Shown piece by piece: positions 27,660 through 43,168 of a stretch of DNA of 64,000 bases. Positions within the stretch are counted from its first letter, which is position 1. Each line of letters opens with the position of its first letter. A program made the position numbers and the translations under genes. The DNA is taken from positions 359,042,001 through 359,106,000 of the forward strand of contig OZ024743.1 in assembly GCA_964016885.1 (NCBI GenBank). Direction: 5' to 3'. The notes under the pieces were generated by a model. The model saw only the letters and a list, made by a program, of their open reading frames with translations. It was not told the origin of the DNA and did not search any database. This DNA comes from Eledone cirrhosa. Lineage: Eukaryota.

Positions 27660-28304
27660 AAAAAATTTTTTTATATCCTTGAGAAAAACTTCCCGCCAAA
27701 CCACAAATACCATCAAATCTTAAATAGGTCTACAGTTAAATTCTCATACTCTACAACAAATAACATAAAACAAAATATAAGTGCATATAATGCATATAAA
27801 TGTAAGAAAACCATAAGTATACCACCAGTACATCAAATTAACCATAATATCTCCTCAAATACAGAATTAACGAAAGGATGTAACTGTAGAAACAAAGCAA
27901 ACTGCCCATTAAAAGGGAATTGTCTTGTTAACAACATAGTCTATAAATGTAATGTTAAAACTAAAGATTCTATTTGCTCATATATAGGAGCTACCTCTAA
28001 CAATTTTAAGACAAGGTTTAATACCCACAAGCATAGTTTTAAAAATGCCGCACTGGCTAATACAACATCTCTAGCAGAAAAAATCAATAGTTATAAAAAT
28101 AAGAATATAAAATATGATTTGACCTGGAGTGTGCTCAAAAGAGCCACCCCTTATCAAAATAATAGAAATGAATGTAGATTATGTTCCCAAGAACTATTTG
28201 AAATAATGAAGTCTAAGGATATCTTATTAAATAAACGACAGGAATTAATTATATCGTGTAATCATAAACTAAAAAAAACATTTAAATATTATAAACCTAA
28301 TTAA
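27660..28304 (+). pseudogene. 5'-truncated PLE ORF: linker CxCx5C + GIY-YIG endonuclease
   Basis: Open frame without start codon: ..FPPNHKYHQILNRSTVKFSYS..GCNCRNKANCPLKGNCLVNNIVYKC..SYIGATSNNFKTRFNTHKHSF..CRLCSQE..LNKRQE..CNH; homologous to the C-terminus of 33120-34580. Confidence 0.9.
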
Positions 28305-29983
28305 TAACATTATTTTAGAAATTAATTTAATTTAAATGTTAGTTAACCTATAAATTTAATTTAATTAATATTTTATTACAGATGAGAATATAAAATATTA
28401 TGTAATCATAAATTGTGAAAAACCTTTAAATATTACTAATATATACTTAGTAATTTAATTTATAGATTAATTTTAACTTATTTAAACCTTTTATAATTCT
28501 TTTACAGATAAAATATAACAAAATAATATCGTGTATCCAATGACAGAGAAATAATTTTTAGTATTATAGACCTAATTAATATACATTTTAGAAATATATT
28601 TATTATTTGGTTTTAGTTTTAATCAACCTAAAAATTTTAATTTTAATTTGCTTAAAATTAGTATCCTTATACAGACGAATTGCAGAATGTCATGTAATCA
28701 TAGAATGGGATGTGTTTTGGATATATACCTAGTTAATATATTCTATGCAATTTTTTGAAAAAGATATGTATATGTATACGTGTATGTGTATGTGTGTGTG
28801 TGTATGTATATGTGTATGTATGTATATATGTGTATATATATATATATATTTATATATATATGTGTGTGTATATGTATGTATATGTGTATGTGTATGTATA
28901 TGTATATGTATGCGTATTAATTTTGATTTCTATTTGCATATAATTATATTATGCTATTGATGAAATACAATATCTGCTTTATGTATTGTATACCTAATTA
29001 ACATATACTATTGAAATAAATATATAATTTTTAATTTAGTTAACATATAATTTATATTCTACTACCGATGTAATACTTTATTTTATTTTTATTTGTGTTT
29101 TTTTTTCCCTATTACTAAATTCATTTCCTAATATTGATACCATAACGTTATTAACTTTAATTTAGTTATACTGTAATTAATAATCTACTACTATTTAACT
29201 TCAAAATTCTGCTTCAAATATTATAAACCTAACTAATTTACACCTTAGAAGTCAATATGTTGACTATCTTTGGTTTAGTTAACATATGATTAATGGTATA
29301 CTTATTTATTTTGAGATGCATAGATTTTGCCTTAGTTCTTGTTGGTTGTATTTCCTAACACTGAAAATATGTAAGAACATACATTGGATAAAGATACGGA
29401 AAATATTCTATGTTTCTTGAAACATATATTTACTTTGATCCCCTTCTCCAAACCCCCCCTTTCCCCCATACTATTATCATCTGTATTTGTAAGCGTCTAT
29501 GTATGAATATATATGTAGGTAGGTGTCTATATAGGTTTGGGTATTTATATCTAAATATAAAAATACATATATGCGCATGCAAATATGAATGTAAGATTGC
29601 GTGTGTATATATGAGTGTGTATATGTATGTATATATGTGTATATATGCATTATATATGTATGTGTATGTGAATGTGTGTACGTATATGTGTATGTATGTG
29701 TATATATGTGTATATATGTGTATGCATGTATATATAGGAATATATATATGTATATATATATGTATATGTATATGCGTGTGTATGTATGTGTGTGTATGTG
29801 TGTTGTATATATATGTATGTCTCTCTATTTATATGTTTATCTTCGTATCTATGTGATATATGTGTGTGTGTGTGCATGTATGCATATGTATGTGTTTATG
29901 TGTATTTGTGTGTATGTGTATATATGTGTGTGTGCACACACACACATATATATATGTGAGTGTGTATATGTGTCTGTGTATAT

Positions 29984-30042
<59 letters not shown>

Positions 30043-30144
30043 TGTCTATGTGTGAATATATGTCTATTTTCGTATGTGTGTATTTATGTATGTATATGTT
30101 TATATGTATGTATGTATATGTATGTATGTATGTATATATATATA

Positions 30145-30187
<43 letters not shown>

Positions 30188-30306
30188 CTTTATTATTATA
30201 ATATAACTTATGTGTATGTGTGTATAAGTGAGGTTGTGTATGTGTATATAATATGTGTATATATAAGTGTAAAAAAATATATATATATGTGCATGTCTGT
30301 TTTTTA

Positions 30307-30342
<36 letters not shown>

Positions 30343-30888
30343 CGTGTGTATATATATGTATATGTGGGTGTTTGTATGTGTATTTATGGTGGTATAAGTG
30401 TGTGGATATCTATGTGTATATATATGTTTATATATATGTATGAGTGTATGTGTGTGTATATATATATATATATATATGTGTATATATATATATATATATA
30501 TGTGTATGTATCTGTGTATATATATATCTCTATTAATGCGTGTGTGTATGTATATACATATGCCTTTTTATTATTATTTTTATTTGTATGTCTGAGTTTA
30601 GGGGAGGTTGTAGTGGTTTTTTATGTATATACGCATGTATGGATGCGTGTGTATTTGTATATATGAGTATAAGTAAGTACATATGTATGTATGATTATAT
30701 ATCTAATTCTATGTATGAATATACATGTATATATATATGTGTGTATGTAAGTTGTGTGTGTATGTATCTATATGTCTATGTGTGTGTATATATATATATA
30801 TATATATGTATATCGATGTGCGTATATGTACATGTATGTACATGTATGTGTGTGTGTATGTGTATGTATATTTAGATGTATGTGTATG

Positions 30889-30927
<39 letters not shown>

Positions 30928-31740
30928 ATATATATATATGGGTATATATCTTTATTATTTATTTTTTATATATATGTGTATGTGTGTATGTGTTGCGTGC
31001 GTGTGTGTGTATATATATATCTTTATATATGTGTATGTGTATGTTCGTGTAGGTGTATGTGTGTGTATGACTGTATATGTATGTGTGTATGTGTGTATGC
31101 GTAAATATTTCTATGTGTGTGTACATGTATGTATGTGTATATATCTGTATGTGTATGTATATTATATTATATTTATTATATTTTATTGTTTTATTTTTTT
31201 ATTTTTCTTAATTTATAGATACATTTATATTAGGCAGTCTGCTCAGACAATTGAATACTGACCCCCCCCCCTCCCACCTAATTTCTGTATCTTGATCTAA
31301 AAATGTGTGTGCCAGTGTTTTATGTGAGTGAATTAATATCCATGTGCTTATGATTTTATATCCACATATATAAATGTGAGTGGGGGTGTGTGTGTGTTTG
31401 TATGTTCGTGGTTATGTGTATATTTATGCATATACGCGCGTGTATGTGTGATTGTACTGATATGTGTGAGTATGAAAAAATATATTTATATACTTGATTT
31501 CATAAGTATCAATGCGCATCTTATCTGCGCATTGTAAGCTTACAGAGACATTAACCTTGAAATTTTGTATTTGCATCCATCCTTTTAGTATGCGTATACA
31601 AATTATACATACATTTTTGTAAAATATGTGTAAGGGTTTTACATGTATATACACACACCAAACTGCATTTAGCCCTTTGTGTTTTCATTGGTCAATTTTG
31701 AACTGAAATTTTGAATTGTTGTTATTATCAATAAATATAC

Positions 31741-31895
31741 TTCATTATTTCTGAAGACGGCGTATATATGTGTTTGGTATGTATATTTAATCTTGATAAT
31801 TTGTATAATTTTGTATAATTTTGTACATAGATCTGTTGAATATGCATACCAATTCTAACACATATATATCCTAGAAACGATCGTTAAATAATGAA
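31741..31895 (+). ncRNA. Type I hammerhead ribozyme with ~116-nt stem II domain
   Basis: Stem I uucauuauuu/aaauaaugaa (10 bp), CUGAAGA (31751), GAAAC (31874), palindromic stem III (AACGAUCGUU), GUU cleavage triplet. Confidence 0.82.
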
Positions 31896-32080
31896 CTTTT
31901 TTTGTTTAATATAAGGAATTGTTTATTCATTATTTGTTTAATATTTTATCTTGACTCTGTATACCGTTTATCTTTCACCGAAAGTGGTTTTTCATTACAT
32001 CTCTTCTTTCCATGATATCCGGAATACATTGAGTTCTTCATACGGATTGGACACTACCGTAAACTGTTGGTAGATTTATC

Positions 32081-34756
<2,676 letters not shown>

Positions 34757-34760
34757 ATTA

Positions 34761-34855
34761 TGAATACTAACCAATACTTATTACTAATTTATACTTATTC
34801 CTATTTAAACTATTTTTCACTGGGAAAAATTTGTCACCATTTTCTTTTCCTTTTA

Positions 34856-34924
<69 letters not shown>

Positions 34925-35024
34925 ATTAGTAAAAGGAAAAGAAAATGGTGACAAATTTTTCCCAGTGAAAAATCGTTAAAATCGGAATAAGTATAAATTA
35001 GTAATAAGTATTGGTTAGTATTCA
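34761..35024. repeat. ~100 bp inverted repeat around a (TA)n spacer
   Basis: 34761-34861 versus 34924-35024. Confidence 0.85.
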
Positions 35025-35500
35025 GTTTTAGTCTTAAGCTTTTACCGGTTGCGCATTTCTAATGCTTTTCAAAAATAATTTTGAGATAGAGCGCTCGTGA
35101 TATTTGGTGTAATCTGATCAGTTTTGAAAATTCTACCTGTTTTATGTGAACAACGTGGCTCCAGAGTTATTAAGATTTGGTCGGTTGTTTAATGTCACGT
35201 GAATGAATACTATAAATTTCGCGCCAATTCGTGTTGCAAAAATTCTTGTAGTCAAAACAATTTTGATTGGTCGGTAGCGGTCACGTGAATGTTAAAAATT
35301 GATTTTGCGCCAAATGTAGGTTTGTCGAAGAGTGTTCTTTTTCGCCTGATTGAGAAGTCATTGAAAAATAAGTCTTTTAAGACAAATATATGTGTGTGTG
35401 TGTGTAGTAAAGAGGTTCATTGTGATAATGGTCAGTAGGGATGTGTGTGTGAATTGCAGTCATGTTGAAAGGTCAACAGTTCAGGTGTCTATTAAGACAA

Positions 35501-35538
<38 letters not shown>

Positions 35539-35539
35539 A

Positions 35540-38019
35540 TGGATGGACCAGTATTTTTGTGATACTGGTAAAAATGGTGTACATTATTCGATATTTTCAG
35601 TAATTTGCAAAAACGATTCTCTCAAAAGAACATCAAAAACATTAATAATAAAAGGGGTGAAATGATGTATAGTATTGTTATAACACCAAGGTGTGTGTGA
35701 GTGTCCAGATTGAACGTACTGCAAGGGGAATCCATTAGGCCCTGCCGTATGGGAATACTTGTGTACAAATATGTATGTGCCCATCAGTGTGCAATGCATG
35801 TGTGCGTATATGTATGTGTGTCGGCACGTTTATATCTATAGACATCAAAAGGTATGCAAATTTGTGTATATTTGTGTTGCACCATAGAACATGTGTGTTT
35901 ACGTATGTCATTGTGTTTATATGTGGATAGAAATGTATGTAGGATGTATGCTGGTGTAGGTATGTATGTTGGCGTGTGTATGTTGTGGGTTCGTCTTAGG
36001 GAGAAGTGTTTAGACGGGGTCCGTATTTGTTAATAAAGTGAGATTCCTTGCTGATGCGCTGGGTGTGGGTGGCATTATCTTTAAATTTGTAGAGGGGAAA
36101 GATTCTAAAGTTGGGATGATTTTGGGCGGCACAGGTTTCAATGTTTTCACTCAGTGGTATGTTTCTGTATTCCCGTATTTTAATTTGCGATCTATGGACA
36201 GTCATGCGTTGGCGGAGGCTGTTTTTGGTCTGGCCTATGTATTGTTCTCGACAACCTGAGCAAGTTAATACATATATTAGATTTTCTGATGCGCATGTGA
36301 AATTGTGTTTTACTATAAAACGTTGTCCTTCTTTGAAATAGAATTCCGAACCCTCTATTAGGTTGATGCATATGCCACAGTTGGGTCTATCGCATTTTTT
36401 TTACTGTGGGTTTCGTTGTTGTGGTTGGCAGTACTTTGGCATGTGTTAGGATGTTTTTCATTGACTTAGATTGTCTTTTGCTCTTTATGATATCGTGTGT
36501 TCGAAGGATTTGGTTCATTCTATGGTCCTTTTTTAACACAGGGATGTTCTGGAGGATGGTGTCAAAGGCCTCATTGTTGAGGGGGTTGTGTGTGGAGATG
36601 TATGGAAGAGCTTTTAGTTTACTTTTTGATTTACTTTAGAGTGTCTAAGGTCCTGGGTACTGAGTTTTAGGGCACGTTGGATTCCATTGTCAATTAGTGA
36701 TGCAGGGTAGTCCCTGCCTATGAGTGTGTCCTTTAGTTCTTATAGCCGTAAGTAACAGGTGTTTTTATTACTATAGTACTATATATAGAGACTATAGTAC
36801 AGATTCTCTTGGCTAAGTTGTAGGGAATATTAATTTTAATGTGTCTAGGGTGGCAAGAGTTGAAAGGAAGATATTGCTTAGAGTCTGTGGGCTTGTAGTA
36901 TGTCTGTTTCTATTTTTTTGTTATGAATTTTAATGAGGATGTCGAGGAAGGGGAGTTGTTGATGGTTGTATTCCATCGTAAAGTTAATATTCGTGTTGAG
37001 CCCATTTATAAGGGTGTGAAATTCTTTAAGTTTCTCGATGTTTTCGTGCCAAAGGATGAAGCAGTCATCGAGATATCGCTTCCAGTTCTTTTCTATGTGT
37101 AAGTGGAGAGTGTTTCCAAATTTGTTTAGTACTTTAGTGTAGAGGGTGATTTCCAGGTATCCCATGACTAGGTTGGCATAAGTGGGGGCTGTTTTAGTTC
37201 CCATAGCGGTCCCAGATTTCTGCCTGTAGGATTTGTTATTGAAAACGAAGTAATTGTTCTCCAAGATAAATTTGAGTCCCTCTATCACGAATTCTTTTTT
37301 GATGCGTTGTGGGAGTTCATTGTGGTAATTATCCAGCCAGAATTGGATAGCTTCTATTCCTAGGTTGTGGGGGATGTTGGAGTATAGGTTGACTACATCA
37401 CTAGTAGGGTTTGTTCAGAAAGTGGCATATTAGGGAGGTGATTGAGCATATCTAGGTCGTCCCTTATATAGCTTTTGATGTGTTTGAGAAAAGGCTTGAG
37501 AAGGGTATCAATGAAGTTGCTAAGGCGGTGGGTATCGCAAGCGGGGCCTGCTATTATAGGTCTTAATTTGAGATCATTGGGTGAGGGGACATTGATGACT
37601 ATGTCTGTGGCTTCCTTGCATGCCTTACTTATTAATTCGCTTTTATGTACTTTAGGGATACCGTAGAAAAGGCTGGATTTACTTGTGAAGTCTGTGATGA
37701 AGCTGAATTCCTTGTTAGTGAGTCCTTCTTTGTATTGGTTGATCAGAGTTTTTAGGTTTCTCATAATTTTCTGTTGATTGTAGTGTTCAGCCTTTTCGTA
37801 GTATGTTTCGTTTTCCAAAGTGGAGAGCGCTAAGTTGAGAATTCTGTCTCCATTAGGACTACTGTACTCCCTTTATCAGCCTTTTTAATTGTAATAGTTC
37901 TGTCGGTTTTTAATCTATTTAATTCTTCCCATTCTTTCTTGTTGAGGTTTGGCTTGTGTTTTTGTCTGTGCAAGTGTTGGTAAGGGAAGTTTGTGATGTG
38001 TTCACAGAATTCGTCCAGG

Positions 38020-38020
<1 letters not shown>
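35540..38020 (-). pseudogene. Decayed Neptune-like Penelope element (RT + Cys linker + GIY-YIG)
   Basis: FYGIPKVHK, LRPIIAG, YRQKSGTAMGTKTAPTYANL, WKRYLDDCF, LPFLDI, CDRPNCGIC, NLIYVLTCSGCREQYIGQT; frameshifts and stops; (TA)n flank. Confidence 0.88.
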
Positions 38021-38090
<70 letters not shown>

Positions 38091-38170
38091 TAGATTGAGT
38101 TAGAAACTCAAAATAGTCTTTTACAATCAAATAGCTCAAGGAAGGGAATCTTTCCGACCGAGCCGTGTAA

Positions 38171-38459
38171 TACAATTGAATATACGAGAGGATATGAACA
38201 CCGATACAGGTATACATGTGTTCGAATTGCAAATGACCAATAATAATTCTTGTGAAACAGATTTAGATCTGTCCGGGTATCAAACGGCAGTTGCTCGATA
38301 TAGGTTTATTATTTTTTATTGATTTATTACTTTAAATCGAGACAGGCAAACCATATCGTTTTAAATTAGTAATTTTTCAAGCTAGCTAACTTGGTCATTT
38401 GCAATTAGAACACATGTGTACTTGTATCGGTGTTCATCCATCTCATATATTCAATTGTA
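38171..38459. repeat. ~70 bp imperfect inverted repeat in a (TA)n-flanked insert
   Basis: 38171-38240 versus 38391-38459. Confidence 0.8.
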
Positions 38460-38480
38460 TATAATATATATATATATATA

Positions 38481-39760
38481 CAATATACCCACACATCCAC
38501 TCCGACCACCCCACAACTAATATCACTAACATCCCCCCGACCTCACGCACACGAACACACAGCATCACACCCACACCCACGCACACCTACGTACACCACC
38601 TACTCCACACACCCAACCACCACTAACCCCCACTTACACACCCGCATTCAACCCTTTCCCCACCACCAGTAATACTAACACCCACTAACACCCCCTCTAC
38701 CACACACACACACTTATCCAAACACACACACACACACACCAGTACACTACACTCCTCCCTCCGTCCCCAACACCTTTTCTCTCCCTCTCCCTCTCCCCGC
38801 TCCACCAACCCCACTCCTTCACACACACATCCCACTAACACCTCCACTAATATACACCCCATCCCCCACATCACCACCTTCCCTCTCCACCCTTCACGCC
38901 TACCCATCCTCACCCCTGTCCACCGCACCTCCGCACGCACAGACACAGTCCTCACCACATACAAACCATTTCTTCACCTGTCATCCTCCTCTACTGCTAT
39001 CTCTTCACCCTGCCTTGACCCTCTGACCACTTCCTGTTGCGCGCGCACCCCCACATCTCTCCACTTCCGCACCACCTCCACAAATGGATTCCACACCGCC
39101 GGTCATCGTTCCAGCTATCCACTCTATAACATGAGAAATATCCAACATCTTATCGCACATTCCACTAACTACTTTAGGAACTTACCCACGAACAAACACT
39201 CACATTTATTTTGAACCACACCACCTACATCCACACAACGTATAAACACAAACATACACATGCGTATCCCCACATACACACACTCAGCCTCCGGAATCAT
39301 ACAACCCCCCTCCCCCAACCCTCTCCATCCACACACACGCACACACCGACTTACACCCCACTCGTTCTTCCCCCAACCCTCACATTCACATACACACACA
39401 CGCACACGTACACCTACACACATACACAAACACCACCTTCAGCCCTCCCCACTCGGACCCCCCGCCTCCCTCTCCCAACTCTAGCCGCCACCATCTCTAC
39501 ACGCCTCACACCCTTCCACCACTTGTTTATTTTCATGTCTATTTTTATTTTTATTTGTACTTCTAAAATAGCCCCCCCCCTTTTTTAAATGTCTTTCCCC
39601 CACTCCCCCACACACCCTCGGAACTCTCTTCTTACCCACTTTTCTCCTGATGAAGGGCTTATGCCCGAAACGTCGTTCCCCACCCCCTCTCTCAAAAGCG
39701 TGAACCTAATAAACTCATATTTGTACTGCCTCTCTGTTTTTGTTCCTGTCTAAGATTTAA
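38481..39760 (+). mobile_element. C/A-rich non-coding PLE 3' remnant ending in HHR and AATAAA
   Basis: HHR core at 39647, aataaa ~39708, (TA)n both sides. Confidence 0.6.
39647..39675 (+). ncRNA. Minimal PLE-type hammerhead core
   Basis: CUGAUGA-A-GGGC-uuau-GCCC-GAAAC-GUC; stem I pairing poor. Confidence 0.7.
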
Positions 39761-39786
39761 CTATATATATATATATATATATATAT

Positions 39787-40118
39787 AACAAAGGAAATGT
39801 GGTAAGGAACCAGATGGACCATAACGCACCAGAGTACTCAATACTTAGAGTAGTAGAGTGGGAAATAGGAAAAAGTATGACCCCGACGGCAGAAATAGCG
39901 GTCGAAACGGCTTGAGCTCTGCCGTCGGGGTCATACTGTTTCCTATATATATATATATATAGGAACAAGTAAGACCCCGACGGCTGAGCTCAAGCGGTTT
40001 CGACGGCTAATTCTGTACTTAGTACAGAATTAGCCACTCTACTACCCACTCTACTACCCTAAGTATTGAGTACTTTGGTGCGTTATGGTCCACCTGGTTC
40101 CTTACCACATTTCCTTCG

Positions 40119-40120
<2 letters not shown>
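39787..40120. repeat. Nested inverted-repeat element around (TA)n; partial copy at 50972-51049
   Basis: 39787-39860 versus ~40044-40120; internal hairpin tatgaccccgacggcaga/tctgccgtcggggtcata. Confidence 0.8.
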
Positions 40121-40171
<51 letters not shown>

Positions 40172-40212
40172 TTCAAAATATTAACAAAATAGATATTCTT
40201 GTGATCAATTAC

Positions 40213-40277
40213 ATTTTATTATACATATTTCAGAGGTGCTGAGTTAAGTTTAACAGTACGTCCTCATCAGATAAAAT
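40213..40277 (-). ncRNA. Type I hammerhead (inverted copy)
   Basis: Mirror of 40378-40442. Confidence 0.72.
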
Positions 40278-40377
40278 AGGATGATGCATGACATACCCTG
40301 ACATAGTAGATGGTTAAGATTGAGTCATGACTGAATCGTAACCATCTACTATGTCAGGGTATGTTATGCATCATCCT

Positions 40378-40442
40378 ATTTTATCTGATGAGGACGTACT
40401 GTTAAACTTAACTCAGTACCTCTGAAATATGTATAATAAAAT
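40378..40442 (+). ncRNA. Type I hammerhead ribozyme
   Basis: Stem I auuuuau/auaaaau, CUGAUGA, stem II GUACUG/CAGUAC, GAAA-UAUGUA-UA. Confidence 0.75.
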
Positions 40443-40847
40443 GTAATTGATCACAAGAATATCTATTTTGTTAATATTTTGAATTAATATTAATAACTCT
40501 GGAAAACCTTAACTGTTGAGTGCTTCCAATCTATTGTAAAACTCATTCTTTGATGTATTCATTGAACCTTGTTTAACTTTTAAATATATATATATATATA
40601 ATAAGGGTTGACGGACCCAGCATATTTATCAATGCCAGTACCGGTTGTATCTCAGCGCACTCAATGGGCAATGTAAGATACATTACCAGAGTATACACAT
40701 AGTTATTTGCCTCAACACAACACACGTAAAATGGGTGCCTATAAGGTTCTCGGACTCGAGTTTCTGCCGCACTAATGCATCAGTAAGGTGCATTGCACCA
40801 TCTGTCTGCATATATTATGCAACAATGCACAATCGGCTTATATATAT

Positions 40848-41366
40848 ATAAGTATGTATACGTACATACATATTTGTATACAGACGTACAGTAGTATGTA
40901 TATATGTACATACATGCACACATATAAATATCTACGTATGGATTTACCGAGCATTTATTATAATGCTCGGTTTGTTTGTAAACAAATATCCTGAATTAAG
41001 CCGTACAGTGTTTAGCAACCGTCCTTGCCCTTTTGTTCAACACTGACAAAGGAACGATGTAATAGTTTCAAGCTTATTAGCTATCGTAAGCACCGTATAC
41101 CTTCCTGCCAGATGATTGAACGTCTGAAAGTATATACTTTCCTTATGCATATTAACGGCTGAGTAGCCTAATTTGCATATCGAGTGAGTTAATCGGCCGG
41201 GCGCACCGAAAACGATAAATGGAAAAAATGAAACGAAATTTCATTTCTCACTCTTAGTACGACTGTTACTTAAATATAAGTATGTATACGTACATACATA
41301 TATGTATACAGACGTACAGTAGTATGCATATATAAACATACATGCACACACACACATATATATATA
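40848..41366 (-). mobile_element. Candidate retrozyme array 1, left part (428-bp unit + start of next unit)
   Basis: ataagtatgtatacgtac at 40848 and 41277; mutated HHR at 41055-41095 (CUUACGA); octamer at 41171-41178. Confidence 0.75.
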
Positions 41367-41372
41367 ACCTCA

Positions 41373-42824
41373 ATGGCTAAAAAGACTCCCATAGGAAGGT
41401 GGATTGGGTGGACCAAAGCCATACGGACCCCCCAAAACACTGATCAGGTAAGAAAAATGGTCGCACATGCAATAGGGGCTAGTATCAAAACTACCCTAAA
41501 GGGCCACATATTTAAGTTCAATGAGAAAATCTACACCCAAAATGAGGGAGCAGCCATCGGCGTCAGCATAGCTGGTGATGTTGCCAACCTTTTCATGGTA
41601 TGGTGGGAAAGGAGACTTAAAGATCTCCTTAAGGAAAGCTCCATAGACCTCATCATGTACTCTCGTTATGTAGATGATATCAATATAGTTATAAGAACAC
41701 CCCCACTAGAGAGCACTAACAAGTTCGATTTAGAACGTAGCACGATGGAAAGCATCCAGCAGATAGCTAATTCCATACACCAGAGTATAACTGTAACTAT
41801 AGACTTCCCTTCCAAACACCCTAACAATAGACTACCTGTATTAGACACAGAACTCTGGATTAACACTATAGACGAGAGAGCCCAAATTCTCCACTCACAC
41901 TATGCTAAACCCATGGCCTCCAAATACCTGATACTCAAAAACTCAGCAATGTCCAGTAGTGCTAAGTTTAATATTCTGATCGCAGATTTGGTACGAGTGA
42001 TGAAGAATGTGTCCAGCATGTGCGACCCAACAGAAATGGAAGGACACATCCAACACTTCATCAACCGCATGCAGTTCTCTGGCTACAACCAAAGAGACAG
42101 AGTCAGAGTATACGAAGGAGCCATGGAAAAGTATAAGACCCTCATAGAACTGGACATGAAAGGAATCTGCCCACTATACAGGAGCAAATCATGGAATAGC
42201 TTAGATAGGGCTAGACATAAGATAGGGAAGGCCACATCATGGTACGACAACCAGAGATATCAGAGTGTCATGTTTGTGGACGCCACCCTTGGAGGGAAAT
42301 TAGCTAACCAGTGTAGAAAGGCCCTGAGAAAGACCCACTTAAAAATAAAGGTGGTAGAAAAGCCAGGAACCACCATAAAATCCCTGATCAGCAAAACCTA
42401 CCCTTTTAAGAAAACCCAATGTACCAATAGGAAGTGTATCATATGTAAGGTGAACCCCCGGATAAACTGTAAAACTAGAAACGTAGTCTATAGCATAAGA
42501 TGTACAGAGGGTACTTGCAGAAACATGACAACAACATACATAGGTGAGACAGCTCGTAGCATAGGTGAAAGGATAGACCAACACTGGGGGGAACTAAAAG
42601 GACGAAAAAACGGGTCAGTACTATACGAACATGCTAGACAACAACATGACGGTAACATAGACAACATAGAAATTAGAATAATATCTAAACATAGGAATGA
42701 CCAAGCAGATAGGCAAATCAGAGAGGCCAGTGAAATAGAAATTAGAAGACCAAAGCTAAACAGAAAGAATGAGTGGAACAACAACAACACCCAAACAAAC
42801 AACACTGACCTAAGAGAAGTATAA
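41373..42824 (+). CDS. PLE RT (C-terminal half) + Cys linker + GIY-YIG endonuclease; third PLE type (possibly Nematis-like)
   Basis: IYTQNEGAAIG, YSRYVDDI, LPVLDTELW, YAKPMAS, CTNRKCIIC, NVVYSIRC..C..YIGETARS.GER..QH, RQIREA..I..LNRKNEW; 483 codons uninterrupted. Confidence 0.88.
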   Translation: MAKKTPIGRWIGWTKAIRTPQNTDQVRKMVAHAIGASIKTTLKGHIFKFNEKIYTQNEGAAIGVSIAGDVANLFMVWWERRLKDLLKESSIDLIMYSRYVDDINIVIRTPPLESTNKFDLERSTMESIQQIANSIHQSITVTIDFPSKHPNNRLPVLDTELWINTIDERAQILHSHYAKPMASKYLILKNSAMSSSAKFNILIADLVRVMKNVSSMCDPTEMEGHIQHFINRMQFSGYNQRDRVRVYEGAMEKYKTLIELDMKGICPLYRSKSWNSLDRARHKIGKATSWYDNQRYQSVMFVDATLGGKLANQCRKALRKTHLKIKVVEKPGTTIKSLISKTYPFKKTQCTNRKCIICKVNPRINCKTRNVVYSIRCTEGTCRNMTTTYIGETARSIGERIDQHWGELKGRKNGSVLYEHARQQHDGNIDNIEIRIISKHRNDQADRQIREASEIEIRRPKLNRKNEWNNNNTQTNNTDLREV

Positions 42825-43127
42825 ATAAGTAAATAAAATTAAATAAAATAAGATAAATAAATACATACACAAGCACAATAACAACAAGCACATAAACACA
42901 CACTAGTCACCCAGCAGACACAACACTATACACACTAGTCACACATCACACATAACACTATACACACACGCAAACGCATGCGCAAAGAAGACAAAAAAAA
43001 TAAAAAATAAATAAAAATAAAATAAAATAAGATAAACAAACAAGCAAATAAATAAATAAATATATAGACAGACTGAATAAAAAATGGCGTAGGCATACAA
43101 CACAACAGGAGGAACAATGAATATAAC

Positions 43128-43168
43128 ACCACTGACGATGTTGCAGATGTGCAACGAAAGATTTATGT
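43128..43168 (+). ncRNA. Hammerhead motif in PLE 3' region
   Basis: CUGACGA-U-GUUGCA-gaug-UGCAAC-GAAA-GAUU-UA; short stem I. Confidence 0.7.

Larger units (their letters stand above)
27660..32082 (+). mobile_element. Penelope-like element 3' portion with ~3.7 kb 3' region, HHR and ~130 bp tail absent from the inverted arm
   Basis: GIY-YIG fragment, HHR at 31741, unique extension 31950-32082, then (TA)n. Confidence 0.85.
40168..40583. mobile_element. Fold-back PLE-type remnant: ~150 bp arms each with an HHR, plus ~95 bp one-sided tail
   Basis: 40168-40316 versus 40341-40487, near-palindromic centre, (TA)n flanks. Confidence 0.82.
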
